Part shown: in pieces, positions 62,448 to 64,000 of the stretch | Layout: each line of letters begins with the position of its first letter | How positions within the stretch are numbered: position 1 is the stretch's first letter | Assembly (NCBI GenBank): GCA_964016885.1 | Contig: OZ024753.1 | Span: 30,876,001-30,940,000, forward strand | DNA from: Eledone cirrhosa | Lineage: Eukaryota | Direction: 5' to 3' | Length of the DNA: 64,000 nt | Program-made: the position numbers and the translations under genes | The notes under the pieces: model-generated | Databases searched by the model: none | Seen by the model: only the letters and a program-made list of their open reading frames with translations | What the model was told of the DNA's origin: nothing

Positions 62448-62633
62448 GGAACCAGTAAGACCCCGACAGCTGAGCTCAAGCCGTTTCGACGGCTAATTCT
62501 CAGAATTAGCCGTCGAAACGGCTTGAGCTCAGCTGTCGGGGTCTTACTGGTTCCTATTACCCACTCTACTACCTCAAGTATTGAGTACTTTGGTGCGTTA
62601 TGGTCCACCTGGTTCCTTACCACATTTCCTTCG

Positions 62634-62634
<1 letters not shown>
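62445..62634 (+). mobile_element. Family J pLTR fragment with a perfect 113-bp palindrome (62445-62557)
   Basis: ataggaaccag...gacggctaattct-c-agaattagccgtc...ctggttcctat, then a unique 3' arm into (TA)n. Confidence 0.75.
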
Positions 62635-62670
<36 letters not shown>

Positions 62671-62671
62671 G

Positions 62672-62766
<95 letters not shown>

Positions 62767-62777
62767 GATATATACAT

Positions 62778-62849
<72 letters not shown>

Positions 62850-62851
<2 letters not shown>

Positions 62852-63087
62852 TGTTATACTTTCGGAGGGTCATGTTGCCAATAAGAAACACACGCACCAG
62901 TTGCTTTCACTTCAATTTATTATATATTTATAAATTTACAAATTTATAAATTTCTGGTTGGTTGGTTGGTTCCACAACCAGATAGTTGTTTATATATAGT
63001 CATAGTTCTTTCGTTACACACTCTGTGACCTCTTCAGTGACTGGGGATTCCTTTCTTTGTCTCTGTGCCTCTCCTTTGTTCTGTCCT
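62850..63087 (-). mobile_element. Solo family E pLTR with HHR at 62998-63042
   Basis: Reverse complement of ~16525-16762. Confidence 0.82.
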
Positions 63088-63089
63088 AC

Positions 63090-63119
<30 letters not shown>

Positions 63120-63120
<1 letters not shown>

Positions 63121-63189
63121 AAATTTTACTCTGCCATGTATTGAGTACCTTACTTACTGTGGTTATCCCCGACTCAACCCGGGACCTAC

Positions 63190-63191
<2 letters not shown>
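63120..63191 (+). mobile_element. Family H pLTR 3' end fragment
   Basis: tactctgccatgtattgagtacctta...ccgactcaacccgggacctacg, as at 56430-56494. Confidence 0.6.
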
Positions 63192-63275
<84 letters not shown>

Positions 63276-63353
63276 TTATATATATATGTATATATATATA
63301 TATAGAGAGAGAGAGAGATTACAGTAATCAAAGTTCAGTTTAAGTCATTTATT

Positions 63354-63400
63354 TGCTTACAATTGTTTCCTCCAAACCGAGGTTTGGATTCTTCGGAGCA
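63354..63400 (-). ncRNA. Type I hammerhead variant (U4C core), second copy
   Basis: UGCU-CCGAAGA-A-UCCAAACC(UC)GGUUUGGA-G-GAAAC(AAUU)GUA-AGCA. Confidence 0.65.
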
Positions 63401-63797
63401 GTTATTTATAACATACTTGACCTCCTTTTCAACCCAAGAGACCCATAAAACATATGTGCATATTGATCAACAGTGGGGTGACATTCATCAAATGAAATAG
63501 CATGGCAATTTACATATAAAGTGTTACATGATAAAAATAAAGTGTTACATGATAAAAATAAAATAAAATAAAAGCAAGAGTGAAAATAAAGATAAACATG
63601 AAGCGTTGGCAGTCTATGAAGATAAAGCAAGAGGAAAGCTTAGAGTAGTCAGTGCATGAAGCAATCTCCCGTGTAGCATGCACGCTTGTCTTATCTATAC
63701 ATGATTAAATCTCTCACTATTTAGGGTTTGTGTATATATAATATATTACCATCAAAGGTTTTATTGCATACATAACTATAAATAGTACCCTTAATAC

Positions 63798-63864
<67 letters not shown>

Positions 63865-63865
63865 G

Positions 63866-63999
<134 letters not shown>

Positions 64000-64000
64000 T

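Overview
Eukaryotic, AT-rich, gene-free window. The SINE sequences, (TA)n load and LINE content suggest an octopus/cephalopod genome, which is an inference. About half the window is imperfect (TA)n/(TATG)n microsatellite, which generates nearly all the long 'YIYI' ORFs. Embedded in it are islands of retroelements: two different GIY-YIG Penelope-like elements (one near full length, with direct and inverted pseudo-LTRs), CR1/L2-group and RTE LINEs, Tx1- and CRE-like 3' remnants, five copies of an RTE-derived non-autonomous element, tRNA-derived SINEs (including a 67-bp x ~21 SINE-derived satellite) and a small Helitron. The signal not visible in the ORF track is a dense set of type I hammerhead ribozymes (HHRs). 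I can fold roughly 20 copies from about 9-10 distinct sequence families by eye. They include a 9-unit tandem array of a ~465-bp non-coding monomer with one HHR per unit (a retrozyme/circRNA-type element) and several fold-back palindromes centred on or near HHRs. A 200-N assembly gap lies at 37543-37742. All RNA folds and family assignments are manual; no database search was run.
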